NCBI GenBank assembly: GCA_963776495.1
Contig: CAVZMW010000006.1
Span: forward strand, 265,119-329,118
Length of the DNA stretch: 64,000 nucleotides
Origin: an uncultured Acidobacteriota bacterium
GTDB taxonomy: Bacteria; Acidobacteriota; Vicinamibacteria; Vicinamibacterales; Fen-181
Reading direction: 5' to 3'
The notes beneath the pieces were generated by a model. The model had not been told where the DNA came from, did not search any database, and saw nothing but the letters and a program-made list of their open reading frames with translations. Positions 43,085-52,684 of this stretch are shown in pieces; positions within the stretch are counted from its first letter, which is position 1, and each line of letters opens with the position of its first letter. Made by a program: the position numbers and the translations under genes.

Positions 43085-44266
43085 ATGCCGGCCTCTGCGC
43101 GTCGTCCGCACGGACGTTGGGCCACCCAGCGAGGCTACAGGGCCTATGTACCCGAGCCGTTACCCCCTCCTCTCGCGTGGGACTCGAGACTGGCTGCCAC
43201 CCTGTCGAAAGCCGACATCGCTCTCGGCCGCCTCGCCGGTGAGGGCAGGCGCCTCCTGAACCCGCATCTGCTGATCCGTCCGTTCATCCGGCGCGAGGCC
43301 GTGCTGTCGAGCCGCATCGAAGGCACGCAGGCGACCCTTGGTGAACTGCTGGCGGCCGAGGCCGGTGCCACCGTCGAACGCAGTCCCGCGGACCTGCGCG
43401 AGGTGGCCAACTACGTCGTGGCCCTCGAATATGGCGTCCAGCGGCTGAGCAAGTTGCCGCTCTCCCTGCGCCTCGTGAAGGAGTTGCACGAGAAGCTGAT
43501 GCGCGGCGTGCGCGGGGACATGGCGACGCCCGGTGAGTTCCGGCGCAGCCAGAACTGGATTGGTCCAGCGGGCGCGCCGCTCGCTGCCGCCAGCTTCGTC
43601 CCGCCGCCGCCGGAGCGGCTCGACGAATGCCTAACGTCCTGGGAGACGTATCTTCACGACAGCTCGCTGCCGCCGCTGGTGCATGCGGCGCTGATCCACT
43701 CCCAGTTCGAAGCGATCCATCCGTTCCTCGACGGCAACGGTCGAGTCGGTCGCCTCCTGATTACGCTGCTGCTCGTGGCAAAGCAAATCATGCCGTCCCC
43801 GCTGCTCTACCTGAGCGCGTACTTCGAGTCAACCCGACCGGAGTACTACTCCCGACTGCAGGGGGTGACGACGCGGGGTGAGTGGGAAGAATGGCTCACC
43901 TACTTCCTGGTCGGCGTTTCGACCCAAGCCGAGGACGCCGTCTCCCGGGTTCAGCGAATTACCGATCTCCTGGCACGGTGGCGGGCGTCGTCGGCGGGCG
44001 CCAGGTCGCAAACCGTCGGCGGCGCGATCGAGTTGTTCGCAGAGAATCCGTTCTGGACCGTCAAGGGCGTCGCTGGTCGGCTCGGCGTCGCGTTCACCAC
44101 CGCCCAGCGGGCAGTCGATCGTCTCGAACGGGCCGGCATCATTGCCCTCGAGCGCGAGGCCCGGCGCAACCGCTTGTACTGTGCGCGCGGTCTGCTCGAA
44201 GTCCTGGAGGAAGCCCCTCGTCGAGACGAGGGGCGGCCGGCCGGGAGGCGGAGGCCACGTAGATGA
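43085..44266 (+). CDS. Fic-family protein (N-terminal domain, Fic, C-terminal HTH)
   Basis: EAVLSSRIEGT inhibitory-type helix, PGEFRRSQNWIG, HPFLDGNGRVGR, C-terminal wHTH. Confidence 0.93.
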   Translation: MPASARRPHGRWATQRGYRAYVPEPLPPPLAWDSRLAATLSKADIALGRLAGEGRRLLNPHLLIRPFIRREAVLSSRIEGTQATLGELLAAEAGATVERSPADLREVANYVVALEYGVQRLSKLPLSLRLVKELHEKLMRGVRGDMATPGEFRRSQNWIGPAGAPLAAASFVPPPPERLDECLTSWETYLHDSSLPPLVHAALIHSQFEAIHPFLDGNGRVGRLLITLLLVAKQIMPSPLLYLSAYFESTRPEYYSRLQGVTTRGEWEEWLTYFLVGVSTQAEDAVSRVQRITDLLARWRASSAGARSQTVGGAIELFAENPFWTVKGVAGRLGVAFTTAQRAVDRLERAGIIALEREARRNRLYCARGLLEVLEEAPRRDEGRPAGRRRPRR

Positions 44267-44315
44267 GTCCCGAGATCTCCGAACGGTTTGACGTTCGATC
44301 AGAGTCGCGAGCCTC

Positions 44316-44546
44316 GTGATGTGTGAGCTCAGGGCGACGGTCCCGAATCCGGATGGAGGCAAGGCGACGGTGCTCTCTCGCCAGACCGAGTCGATCGCCG
44401 TGCTGCTCAGCGCCGACGGCGAGACGAAGCCGATGCCGGAGGAGACCTTCCGCCTGCCCAAGTCGATCGCGGCGGCGGCCGGGCACGTTGGCCTCGCCGT
44501 GACCGACATGCACCTCATGTGGCCCGTTCCGGTCGAGCTCAAGTGA
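44316..44546 (+). CDS. Small ORF, probably a 3' gene remnant
   Basis: 76 aa with host-like codon usage, no clear RBS, in-frame stop a few codons upstream. Confidence 0.35.
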   Translation: MMCELRATVPNPDGGKATVLSRQTESIAVLLSADGETKPMPEETFRLPKSIAAAAGHVGLAVTDMHLMWPVPVELK

Positions 44547-44594
44547 ACCGGACCGCTTGACGCCGCCCGTCGCGTGAGCGACGATGCCTCGCCC

Positions 44595-45821
44595 ATGCTC
44601 GAGTCATTGCTCATCCTCGTCGTCGTGCTCCTGGTCGCCGTGCTGGCGATGCTCGTCGCCCTCTGGCTGCGGCCGGCGGGCGTCAACCTGTCGCCGGTCG
44701 AGAACCGCCTGGCCTCGATCGAATCCGGCCAGGCCAGCTTCGGCGGCGCCCTGCAGGCGTTCGCCACCCAGCTCGGCACCGGGTCCGAGTCCACCGAGCG
44801 TCGCATGGAAGCGCTGCGGAAGGCGGTCGAGGATCGGCTGACCGCCATCCAGGCCGACAACGCCGCGAAGCTCGAGCAGATGCGCGCCACGGTGAACGAG
44901 CGCCTGCAGAGCACGCTCGAGACGCGGCTCGGCGAGTCGTTCCGCGCCGTCAGCGAGCGGCTCGAGCAGGTGCACCGCGGCCTGGGCGAGATGCAGGCGC
45001 TCGCCTCCGGCGTCGGTGACCTCAAGAAGGTGCTGACCAACGTCAAGACGCGCGGCACATGGGGCGAGGTCCAGCTCGGCGCGCTGCTGGAGCAGGTCCT
45101 CGCGCCGGGACAGTACGAAGCCAACGTCGCGACCAGGCCGGGCAGCGCCGAGCGCGTCGAGTTCGCAATCCGGATGCCGGGCCGCGAGGGAGAGGATGCC
45201 GGCGTCGTCTGGCTGCCGGTGGACGCGAAGTTCCCGCAGGAGGACTACCAGCGCCTGATCGAGGCCGCCGACCGGGGCGACGCGGACGCCGTCGAGACCG
45301 CCGCCCGCCAGCTCGAGGTTCGGATCAAGACGGCCGCCCGCGACATCCACGACAAGTACCTCGACCCGCCGCACACCACCGACTTCGGCGTCCTGTTCCT
45401 GCCGACCGAGGGGCTCTACGCCGAGGTGTTGCGCCGGCCGGGTCTCGCCGACGCGGTGCAGCGCGATGCCCGGGTCGTCGTCGCCGGGCCGACCACGCTG
45501 TGGGCGATCCTGAACAGCCTGCAGATGGGGTTCCGGACGCTCGCCATCGAGAAACGATCGAGCGAGGTCTGGGCGGTGCTCGGCGCGGTCAAGACCCAGT
45601 TCGCGAAGTTCGGCGACCTGCTGGGCGGCGTGCAGAAGAAGCTGCAGGAAGCCTCGAACAAGATGGACGACGTCGCCAGGAAGAGCCGGACGATCGAGCG
45701 CCGGCTGCGCGACGTGCAGGAGCTGCCGACGGCCGAGGGGGCGCAGCTCCTGGGCGCGCCTCCGGCATCGGAGGAGGCGGCCGAGGCGGACGAAGGCGAC
45801 GAAGAGAACGACAGGTCCTGA
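44595..45821 (+). CDS. rmuC: DNA recombination protein RmuC
   Basis: N-terminal TM plus coiled coil, NVKTRGTWGEVQL, PVDAKFP, KYLDPP.TTDF..LFLPTEGLYAE, GPTTL..LNSL..GF. Confidence 0.95.
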   Translation: MLESLLILVVVLLVAVLAMLVALWLRPAGVNLSPVENRLASIESGQASFGGALQAFATQLGTGSESTERRMEALRKAVEDRLTAIQADNAAKLEQMRATVNERLQSTLETRLGESFRAVSERLEQVHRGLGEMQALASGVGDLKKVLTNVKTRGTWGEVQLGALLEQVLAPGQYEANVATRPGSAERVEFAIRMPGREGEDAGVVWLPVDAKFPQEDYQRLIEAADRGDADAVETAARQLEVRIKTAARDIHDKYLDPPHTTDFGVLFLPTEGLYAEVLRRPGLADAVQRDARVVVAGPTTLWAILNSLQMGFRTLAIEKRSSEVWAVLGAVKTQFAKFGDLLGGVQKKLQEASNKMDDVARKSRTIERRLRDVQELPTAEGAQLLGAPPASEEAAEADEGDEENDRS

Positions 45822-45834
45822 GTCCTGCGCCTTT

Positions 45835-46152
45835 CTATCCCGCGCTGGTCGCTGCGGCGGCGGCGGCAGCCTGGTGCCGCCTCTCGAGTTCAGCCACGGC
45901 GCCGACATCGGTGCCGGCAATCGACACCAGGCCGAAGCCCAGCCCCTTCAATTCGTTCTGCCAGCGCACGATTCCGCTGGCCGCCTCGAGACAGTAGAGC
46001 CGCCCCCGGCTGGCCGCCAGCAGGTCGCGCCCGGCGAGCGCGACGTTCACGAAGTCGCTGCCCTTGAGGCTGGTCCGCCACACCTCCTCGCCCGTGGCCC
46101 GGTCGAGCGCCAACGCATACCCGTAGATCCCGATGAAGATCATGTTCTGCAT
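45835..46152 (-). CDS. Small PQQ-like beta-propeller repeat protein
   Basis: ALDRATGEEVW and CLEAASGIVRW repeats. Confidence 0.75.
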   Translation of the reverse strand: MQNMIFIGIYGYALALDRATGEEVWRTSLKGSDFVNVALAGRDLLAASRGRLYCLEAASGIVRWQNELKGLGFGLVSIAGTDVGAVAELERRHQAAAAAAATSAG

Positions 46153-46170
46153 CGCGTGCTCCTCGATCCG

Positions 46171-47241
46171 TCACGTCCGGTGGGGCTTGATTTGCTTCAC
46201 GGCCTTGCTGATCGCCTTCCACTTGCGCTTGTGCTCGATCTGCGCGAGCTGGTCCTGGCGCCCGGCAGAGTACTCGGCTTCCTTCCTGAGTTTGAGGTAG
46301 CTCTCGAGCCGCTCCGGCGCCAGTCGGCCCTCGGCGGCGGCCTGGCGGACGGCGCACTGAGGCTCCGCGTCGTGCCGGCAGTCGGCGAACCGGCAGCCTG
46401 ACGCCAGCGCTTCGACGTCGGTGAACGCCGCTTCGACCGACCCCGAGGCCTGCCACAGTTGCAGTTCGCGCATTCCCGGCGTGTCGATCACGAGCCCGCC
46501 GTCCGGCCGCACGATCAATTCGCGGCGCGTCGTCGTATGCCGGCCGCGCGACTTGAAGTCGCTGACCTCCGCGGTGCGCTGGAGATCGCTGCCAATCAGC
46601 CGGTTGATGAGCGTGGACTTGCCGACGCCCGAGGACCCGAGCAGCGCGACGGTTCGGCCGGATTCCAGGTAGGCGGCCAGCCCCTCGATTCCGACATCGG
46701 TCTTGACGCTGGTCGCGTGGACCGGGGCTCCGGACGCGACCGCGGTGACCTCGCGTATGCGCTCGGAGACGTCTTCCACGAGGTCGGCCTTGGTGAGCAG
46801 CACGACTGGCTGCGCCCCGCTTTCCCAGGCCGTCACGAGGTAGCGCTCGATGCGCCGCAGGTTGTAATCGCCGTCGAGGCCCATGACGAGGAAGACCGTA
46901 TCGACGTTCGCGGCCACGATCTGCTCCCGCGTCGCGTCTCCCGGCACCTTGCGCGAGAACCGGCTGAAGCGGGGCAGGATGGCCTCGATCGTGGCGCGAG
47001 CCTCTCCGGGGCGGACGCCGAGCGCCACCCAGTCCCCGACGGCGGGGTACCCGGTAGCTGCCACAGCCTCGTGCCGCACTCGGCCCGACATGCGGGCCAG
47101 CATTTCGCCACCCTCGGTGAGGATTCGGTAGATGCGCTGATGCTCGAGCGACACCCGGCCCGGGATTGTGCCGGGGCCGGCCAGCGGGGCGTAGGCCTGC
47201 GCGAAACGAACGTTCCAGCCAAGCGCCTCAAGGCTCGACAT
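46171..47241 (-). CDS. rsgA: Small ribosomal subunit biogenesis GTPase RsgA
   Basis: PAVGDWV, TKADL, GSSGVGKSTL, GRHTTT, DTPGMRE, CRFADCRH..EP.C. Confidence 0.96.
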   Translation of the reverse strand: MSSLEALGWNVRFAQAYAPLAGPGTIPGRVSLEHQRIYRILTEGGEMLARMSGRVRHEAVAATGYPAVGDWVALGVRPGEARATIEAILPRFSRFSRKVPGDATREQIVAANVDTVFLVMGLDGDYNLRRIERYLVTAWESGAQPVVLLTKADLVEDVSERIREVTAVASGAPVHATSVKTDVGIEGLAAYLESGRTVALLGSSGVGKSTLINRLIGSDLQRTAEVSDFKSRGRHTTTRRELIVRPDGGLVIDTPGMRELQLWQASGSVEAAFTDVEALASGCRFADCRHDAEPQCAVRQAAAEGRLAPERLESYLKLRKEAEYSAGRQDQLAQIEHKRKWKAISKAVKQIKPHRT

Positions 47242-47276
47242 CGGCTACCATGGGCCCCATTATGACCCGATCCGGG

Positions 47277-47429
47277 CGCCAGGCCCGACGGCTCCTGCGC
47301 GAGTTCGACTCGTGGGCGCTCTGCGACGGCGTGTGCGGCACGCTCTTCGACCGCACCCCGTTCACGGTGGGCAAAGCCCGGGCGTGGATTCGCCGGCGGA
47401 AGGAGCGCGCGCGGCGGCGCCGAGCGTAG
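47277..47429 (+). pseudogene. Fragment resembling an AlkD-like DNA alkylation repair protein
   Basis: REFDSWALCDGVCGTLFDRTPF...KARAW.RR resembles the FDxWxxCD central motif of that family (recognition from memory). Confidence 0.55.
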
Positions 47430-47437
47430 GAGCCGCC

Positions 47438-48892
47438 TCACCCCCGCCGAGCGGTTTCCTTTCGCGCGGCCTTGCGCAGCCCCTCGAGGTCGGCACGGTC
47501 GCTGTCGTCCGGCACCTGGCCGGGCTCGAGGCGCATCACGTCGGGCGCCGCGGCGATCCGGCGCAGCGCCTCGACGGGCAGCTTCGAGGCGGCGTGTTGC
47601 AGCAGCGCGTCGAGGCGGTCGGCTGCCTGGCGCGCCTGGTCGAGATCCTCGCGCGTCGCGACCACGCGTAGTTCGGTGCCGCCGTGGCGGGTCGGTTGAC
47701 CCACGGCCAGCCGGACCAGGAGCGCGCCGGCCACTTCGCCCGCACCGACGGCGGCGAGCGCCTGTTCGGCCGAGGCGCGCGCGGTCGTGGCGCGATCGCC
47801 GAGCGCCTCCACGATCGTGTCGGCGGCGGCCGGGCCGAGCGCGGCGAGCGCGTTGGCGGCCGCGTGGCGGACCGCCGCGTCGGAATCCCTCAACGCCGCG
47901 CCAATCGCCGGGGCCGTGCGCGAATCGGCCAGCCGCCCGAGGGCTTCGAGCGCGCCGCGCCGCATCGAAGGCTCCCGGTTGGCCAGCAGGGCGACGAGCG
48001 GCTCCACCGCCGACGCGCCGTGCGAAGCCGCCTCGTCGAACCGGCCGTGCAGCGCGGCGTGAACGACGCGCGCGGCTGAGCCGACGGGCGTCCAGTCGAA
48101 CGACGTCAAGGCCGACTCGATGGCCGCCTGCAGGCTGCGGTCCGCCCGCCCCAGGCCGTCGACCAGCGCCGATGCGGCTTCCGTCGTGCCGATGCCCGCG
48201 AGCGCCGCGACGGCGGCGTCACGGACCGTCTTGTCCGGATCGGCGACGGCCGTCTTCACCCCGTCAACCGCCGCGGCCTCGCGCAATCCGCCGAGCGCCT
48301 CGGCGGCCGACCGGCGGGTCGTCGGATCCTTGTGCGCGATCGCCCTGGTGAGCGCGGGGACCGCCTTCGGGCCGCCGGCGCGTGCCAGCGCGGCGATGGC
48401 CGCCTGCCTGACGCTCGACCGGTCATCGGCGACCATGTCGGCGAGCGCCCCGGCTGCGTCGGGGCCGCCGATCGCGCCGAGCGCGCCGATCGCGATTTCG
48501 CGGAGCTTGACGTGCCGCCCGCGCAGGGCGTCGAGAAGGGCCGGCACGGCAGCCGCGCCCAGCCGGCCGAGCGCCTCGCCGGCGGCGGCCCGGACGGCCG
48601 ATGCGCCGTTCGGATCGGAGAGGCGGTCGGCGCCGGTGACGGCCGCGACGAGCAGGGGCGCCGCCGAGCCGTCCCCGATGATGCCGAGCGAGGTGACGGC
48701 CGCCTCTCTCACACCCCAATCGGGATCGTCGATGAGCGGCGCGAGCAGCGGGATCGCCGAGGTCTTGCCGGCTGTGCCGAGCGACGCGGCCGCCCGCGTC
48801 CTGGTGCCGGCGTCCTTCGACCTGACTTGAAACGATGTGAACAGGCCCACCGAGGTCCTTTCGATGACGGAGACCGGATCATACCTCGGCAC
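47438..48892 (-). CDS. HEAT/PBS-lyase-like repeat protein
   Basis: Repeated L.D.D..VR.AA..ALG.IG...A...L motifs. Confidence 0.88.
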   Translation of the reverse strand: MPRYDPVSVIERTSVGLFTSFQVRSKDAGTRTRAAASLGTAGKTSAIPLLAPLIDDPDWGVREAAVTSLGIIGDGSAAPLLVAAVTGADRLSDPNGASAVRAAAGEALGRLGAAAVPALLDALRGRHVKLREIAIGALGAIGGPDAAGALADMVADDRSSVRQAAIAALARAGGPKAVPALTRAIAHKDPTTRRSAAEALGGLREAAAVDGVKTAVADPDKTVRDAAVAALAGIGTTEAASALVDGLGRADRSLQAAIESALTSFDWTPVGSAARVVHAALHGRFDEAASHGASAVEPLVALLANREPSMRRGALEALGRLADSRTAPAIGAALRDSDAAVRHAAANALAALGPAAADTIVEALGDRATTARASAEQALAAVGAGEVAGALLVRLAVGQPTRHGGTELRVVATREDLDQARQAADRLDALLQHAASKLPVEALRRIAAAPDVMRLEPGQVPDDSDRADLEGLRKAARKETARRG

Positions 48893-49070
48893 GGGTCGGC
48901 TCCTGGCTTGAGCCTTGAGCCCTGCCCTTCGACTCGGGCGCTTCGCACCCTCGCTCAGGGCACCCCGAGCGAAGTCGAGGGGTGAGCCTTGAGCCCTGAG
49001 TCCTGAGCCGCTTCCTGATCTACAATCTGGCCGTCACCGGTGCCGTTCGTCGCCGGGCAAGGAGCATTCC

Positions 49071-50795
49071 ATGCGTTGCACGTTCCGCCGGTCATCGGCG
49101 TTCGTCCTGATGACGGCACTCGGCTTGTTCGGTGCGGCAGGCTGCGGACCTCACATCGAGCCGGCCGACCTGGTCCTGACCAACGGCCACGTGGCCACGG
49201 TCGACTCGGCCAGGCCGACAGCCGAGGGCATCGCCGTGCGCGGCGGCCGGATCGTCGCCGTCGGGTCGGTCGGCGACGTCAAGGCCTACATCGGCCAGAA
49301 GACCGAGGTCATCGACCTCAACGGCCGGTTCGCCACGGCCGCGTTCACCGACGCCCACGCGCACTTCAGCGGCGTAGGCCAGGCCAAGCTCGAACTCGCG
49401 CTGGCGAAGGCGCGCACCTGGGACGACATCGTCGCCATGGTGGCCGACGCGGCGAAGCGCGCGAAGCCGGGCGAGTGGATCCTCGGCCGCGGCTGGCACC
49501 AGGAGAAATGGGATCGCCGGCCCGCGGACGCGGTGGAGGGGTTCCCGACCGAGGCCGACCTGAGCCGGGTCGCGCCGAACAACCCGGTGCTGCTGACGCA
49601 CGCCAGCGGGCACGCCATCGTCGTCAACGCGAAGGCGATGGAACTCGCCGGCGTCACGCGCCGGACGCCGAATCCGCCCGGCGGCGAGATCATGAAGGAC
49701 AAGGCGGGGAACCTCACCGGCGTGTTCGAGGAACGGGCGTCGGGCCTGGTGGAGAAGGCGCTCGACGAGACGCTCGCCAGGCGCACGCCCCAGCAGGCCG
49801 AGGCCGACGCGACGCGCGTCGTCGAGACCGCCGACCGCGAGTTCATCTCGAAGGGCATCGTCTCGGTGCACGACGCCGGCGTGGGCTTCGACACGGTGGA
49901 CCTCTACAAGAAGCTCGCAGGCGAGGGCAAGCTGAACGTGCGGCTCTACGTCATGATCATCGAGCCGGCCGCCAGGCTGGCCGGGAACCTTGCGAAGTAC
50001 CGGATGATCGACGCCTTCGACAGCCACCTGACCGTCCGGGCGATCAAGCGCCTGATGGACGGCGCGCTCGGGTCCCGGACCGCGTGGATGCTCCAGCCGT
50101 ACACGGATCTGCCTTCGACGACCGGCATCAACACCGTGTCGCCGGAGGAGATGAAGGCGACGGCCGAACTCGCCATCGCGAACGACTTCCAGCTCTGCAC
50201 GCACGCGATCGGCGACCGCGCCAACCGCGAGGTGCTGAACGTGTACGAGGAGGCGTTCAAGGCGCATCCCGACAAGAAGGACCTGCGCTGGCGCGTCGAG
50301 CACGCGCAGCACCTCAACGCCGCCGACATCCCGCGCTTCGGCGCCCTCGGCGTGATCGCCTCGATGCAGGGGCTCCACTGCACGTCGGACGCGCCGTACG
50401 TGCTCGCGCGGCTCGGCGCCGCGCGTGCCGAGGAAGGGGCCTACGTCTGGCAGAAGCTGATGAAGACGGGCGCCCTCATCGCCAACGGCACCGACGCGCC
50501 GGTCGAGGAGGTCGATCCGCTGCCCGGCTACTACGCGCTGACGACGAGGAGGGCGAAGAACGGCGAGGTGTTCTTCGGCGACCAGAAGATGACGCGCGAC
50601 GAGGCGCTCAGGGCCTACACGCTCAACGGCGCCTACGCGGCGTTCCAGGAAACGACGAGGGGCTCGCTTACCCCCGGCAAGCTCGCCGACATCGTCGTCC
50701 TCTCGGCGGACATCACCAAGGTGCCCGAGGATCAGATCCAGCAGGCCGAGGTGCTCTACACCATCGTCGGCGGGAAGGTCGTTTACAAGAAGTAG
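49071..50795 (+). CDS. Amidohydrolase 3 family (YtcJ-like), probable lipoprotein
   Basis: DAHAH, GRGW, K..MDGALGSRTA, HAIGDRAN, RVEHAQ, GTDAPVE, GKLADIVVL; AAGC lipobox. Confidence 0.93.
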   Translation: MRCTFRRSSAFVLMTALGLFGAAGCGPHIEPADLVLTNGHVATVDSARPTAEGIAVRGGRIVAVGSVGDVKAYIGQKTEVIDLNGRFATAAFTDAHAHFSGVGQAKLELALAKARTWDDIVAMVADAAKRAKPGEWILGRGWHQEKWDRRPADAVEGFPTEADLSRVAPNNPVLLTHASGHAIVVNAKAMELAGVTRRTPNPPGGEIMKDKAGNLTGVFEERASGLVEKALDETLARRTPQQAEADATRVVETADREFISKGIVSVHDAGVGFDTVDLYKKLAGEGKLNVRLYVMIIEPAARLAGNLAKYRMIDAFDSHLTVRAIKRLMDGALGSRTAWMLQPYTDLPSTTGINTVSPEEMKATAELAIANDFQLCTHAIGDRANREVLNVYEEAFKAHPDKKDLRWRVEHAQHLNAADIPRFGALGVIASMQGLHCTSDAPYVLARLGAARAEEGAYVWQKLMKTGALIANGTDAPVEEVDPLPGYYALTTRRAKNGEVFFGDQKMTRDEALRAYTLNGAYAAFQETTRGSLTPGKLADIVVLSADITKVPEDQIQQAEVLYTIVGGKVVYKK

Positions 50796-50846
50796 GCCGG
50801 CCCGGCCCTACGCGCGATCCTCGTAGGCCGGCCCTTTAGGGCCGGC
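50792..50846. repeat. GTAG REP-like palindromes between convergent genes
   Basis: gtaggccggcccggccctac and gtaggccggccctttagggccggc; they overlap both stop regions. Confidence 0.75.
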
Positions 50847-51626
50847 GCTCGGGATGGGGGTGATGGCCCGGAGCGGGCCGATCCCCTCCTCGCCCGGATA
50901 GACCACGCGCTCGAGGAAGAGGCCGGAAGCCGGCGCGGTCACGCGCGCCGGCACCGGCGACCGCTCTTCCAGGAACCCCTCGGCGTCGCCGACGCTCAGC
51001 CGTCCCCGGCCCACCTCGACGAGCACGCCCACCACGCGGCGGACCATCTTCCAGACGAAGTGCGAACCGACGACGCGGAAGAGGATGAGGGCGCCGTCCT
51101 CCTTCACTTCGACCGCGTCCACCTGGACGTGGGTGGAGACTTCGTCCGGGTCGCTGTCGGTGAACGACCGGAAGTCGTGCATGCCGACGAACACGCCGGC
51201 CGCTTCGCGCATCGCCCGCACGTCGAGGTCGTCCTTGACCCACCAGACAAACGGCTTGGCGAACGCGGTGCGGCGGCGGGCGACCTGGTAGAGGTAGCTG
51301 CGCGACACGGGGTCGCGGCGCGCGTGGAACCGGTGGGGCACCGGCTCGATCCGGAGGACGTTGATGTCGGCCGGCAGGACGTCGTTCATCTGCCGCCGCA
51401 GCATCTCGGGCTGGACCGCCTTCGGCACGTCCAGGTGCGCCACCTGGCAGAGGGCGTGGACGCCGGCGTCGGTGCGCCCCGACCCCTGCAGGTCCGCGGC
51501 GGCCGCGCCTGTCGCTTCGCGCACCGCCCGGAGCAGCTCGCCCTGGACCGTCCGCGCGTTCTTCTGCACCTGCCAGCCGCTGTAGCGCGTCCCCGCGTAC
51601 TCGATGGCCAGGCGGTACCTCGGCAT
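50808..51626 (-). CDS. truA: tRNA pseudouridine(38-40) synthase
   Basis: IEYAGTRYSGWQ.Q, GSGRTDAGVHA..Q, FHAR, G.HDF.SF, F..KMVRR.VG, APASGLFL. Confidence 0.96.
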   Translation of the reverse strand: MPRYRLAIEYAGTRYSGWQVQKNARTVQGELLRAVREATGAAAADLQGSGRTDAGVHALCQVAHLDVPKAVQPEMLRRQMNDVLPADINVLRIEPVPHRFHARRDPVSRSYLYQVARRRTAFAKPFVWWVKDDLDVRAMREAAGVFVGMHDFRSFTDSDPDEVSTHVQVDAVEVKEDGALILFRVVGSHFVWKMVRRVVGVLVEVGRGRLSVGDAEGFLEERSPVPARVTAPASGLFLERVVYPGEEGIGPLRAITPIPSAGPKGPAYEDRA

Positions 51627-51646
51627 CGCTGGTTGCTCCCTCTCTT

Positions 51647-51732
51647 CCCGTAGGGGTCGGAGCGGTTTTTCGCGATTACAGAACTGTCGTTACAGATTTG
51701 CAATCGCGAAAAACCGCTCCGACCCCTACGGG
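51647..51732. repeat. REPIN-like palindrome, copy 2 (31-bp inverted repeat)
   Basis: Same arms as 5104-5191; the internal spacer is its near reverse complement. Confidence 0.9.
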
Positions 51733-51764
51733 CCCTGATGGCAGGAGAGTGACCATAACCGCGC

Positions 51765-52526
51765 ATGACCCAACCGGTCCGTCGCCGACCCGGAGAGGTG
51801 CCGCTCAACCGCGCCCTCTCGAAGCTGGCCATCGCGTCGCGCGCCGAGGCGACGCGCCTCATCGCCGCCGGCCGCGTGCGGGTGAACAGCTTGGTCGCCA
51901 CCGATCCCGCGATGCCGGTCGTGCCCGAGCGCGTGGCGATCGCGATCGACGACCGCGACGCCGCCCGCGCCGGCTGGTGCCTGATCCTGCTCAACAAGCC
52001 TCGAGGTGTCGTCACGACGAGGCGCGACCCGCAGGGGCGGCCGACGGTGTTCGATCTCGTGTCGGGCCCCGAGGGCCATCTCGTGGCCGTCGGCCGCCTC
52101 GACCTGGCCACCTCCGGCCTCCTGCTGCTGACCACCGACACGCGGCTGGCCGACTGGTTGACCGACCCCGCGAGCGGTGTGCCGCGCACCTACACCGTCA
52201 CCGCGCGCGGCGAAGTCGGCGACGACGACGTGGCGCGGTTGACGGGCGGTGTGGAGTCGGAAGGCGAGCGCCTGTCTGCCGACGAGGTCGCGGTTCGCAA
52301 GCGATCGCGCCGCGAGACGCACCTCGTGGTCACGCTGCGCGAGGGGCGCAACCGCGAAGTCCGGAGGCTGTTCGAGGCGATTGGCCACGAGGTGACGAAG
52401 ATCAGGCGCGTGGCGTTCGGAGGCCTCGAGCTCGGGACGCTGCCGCCCGGCCGCTGGCGGCCGGTCAGCGAAGAGGAGGGGCGGACCGCGTTTCCTGGCT
52501 GCCCGCGGATCTCGCACGGAGGTTAG
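51765..52526 (+). CDS. RsuA/RluB/E/F-family rRNA pseudouridine synthase
   Basis: S4-like ASRAEA..LI..GRV.VN, LNKPRG, VGRLD..TSGLLLLT, EGRNREVRR. Confidence 0.93.
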   Translation: MTQPVRRRPGEVPLNRALSKLAIASRAEATRLIAAGRVRVNSLVATDPAMPVVPERVAIAIDDRDAARAGWCLILLNKPRGVVTTRRDPQGRPTVFDLVSGPEGHLVAVGRLDLATSGLLLLTTDTRLADWLTDPASGVPRTYTVTARGEVGDDDVARLTGGVESEGERLSADEVAVRKRSRRETHLVVTLREGRNREVRRLFEAIGHEVTKIRRVAFGGLELGTLPPGRWRPVSEEEGRTAFPGCPRISHGG

Positions 52527-52684
52527 AAGAGCGGCCTCGATGATGGGGCGTCACCAGTGCCGGGCGCCTCGTTCCTCGTACCTGATCCTGCGTGGACTGA
52601 TCCTGCGTGGACTGGACCGACTGAATGAGGAGTGCTATACCTCTGACGGCAGACGTTCCTCGACCGGTCCGTTTCGGAGGTTGC

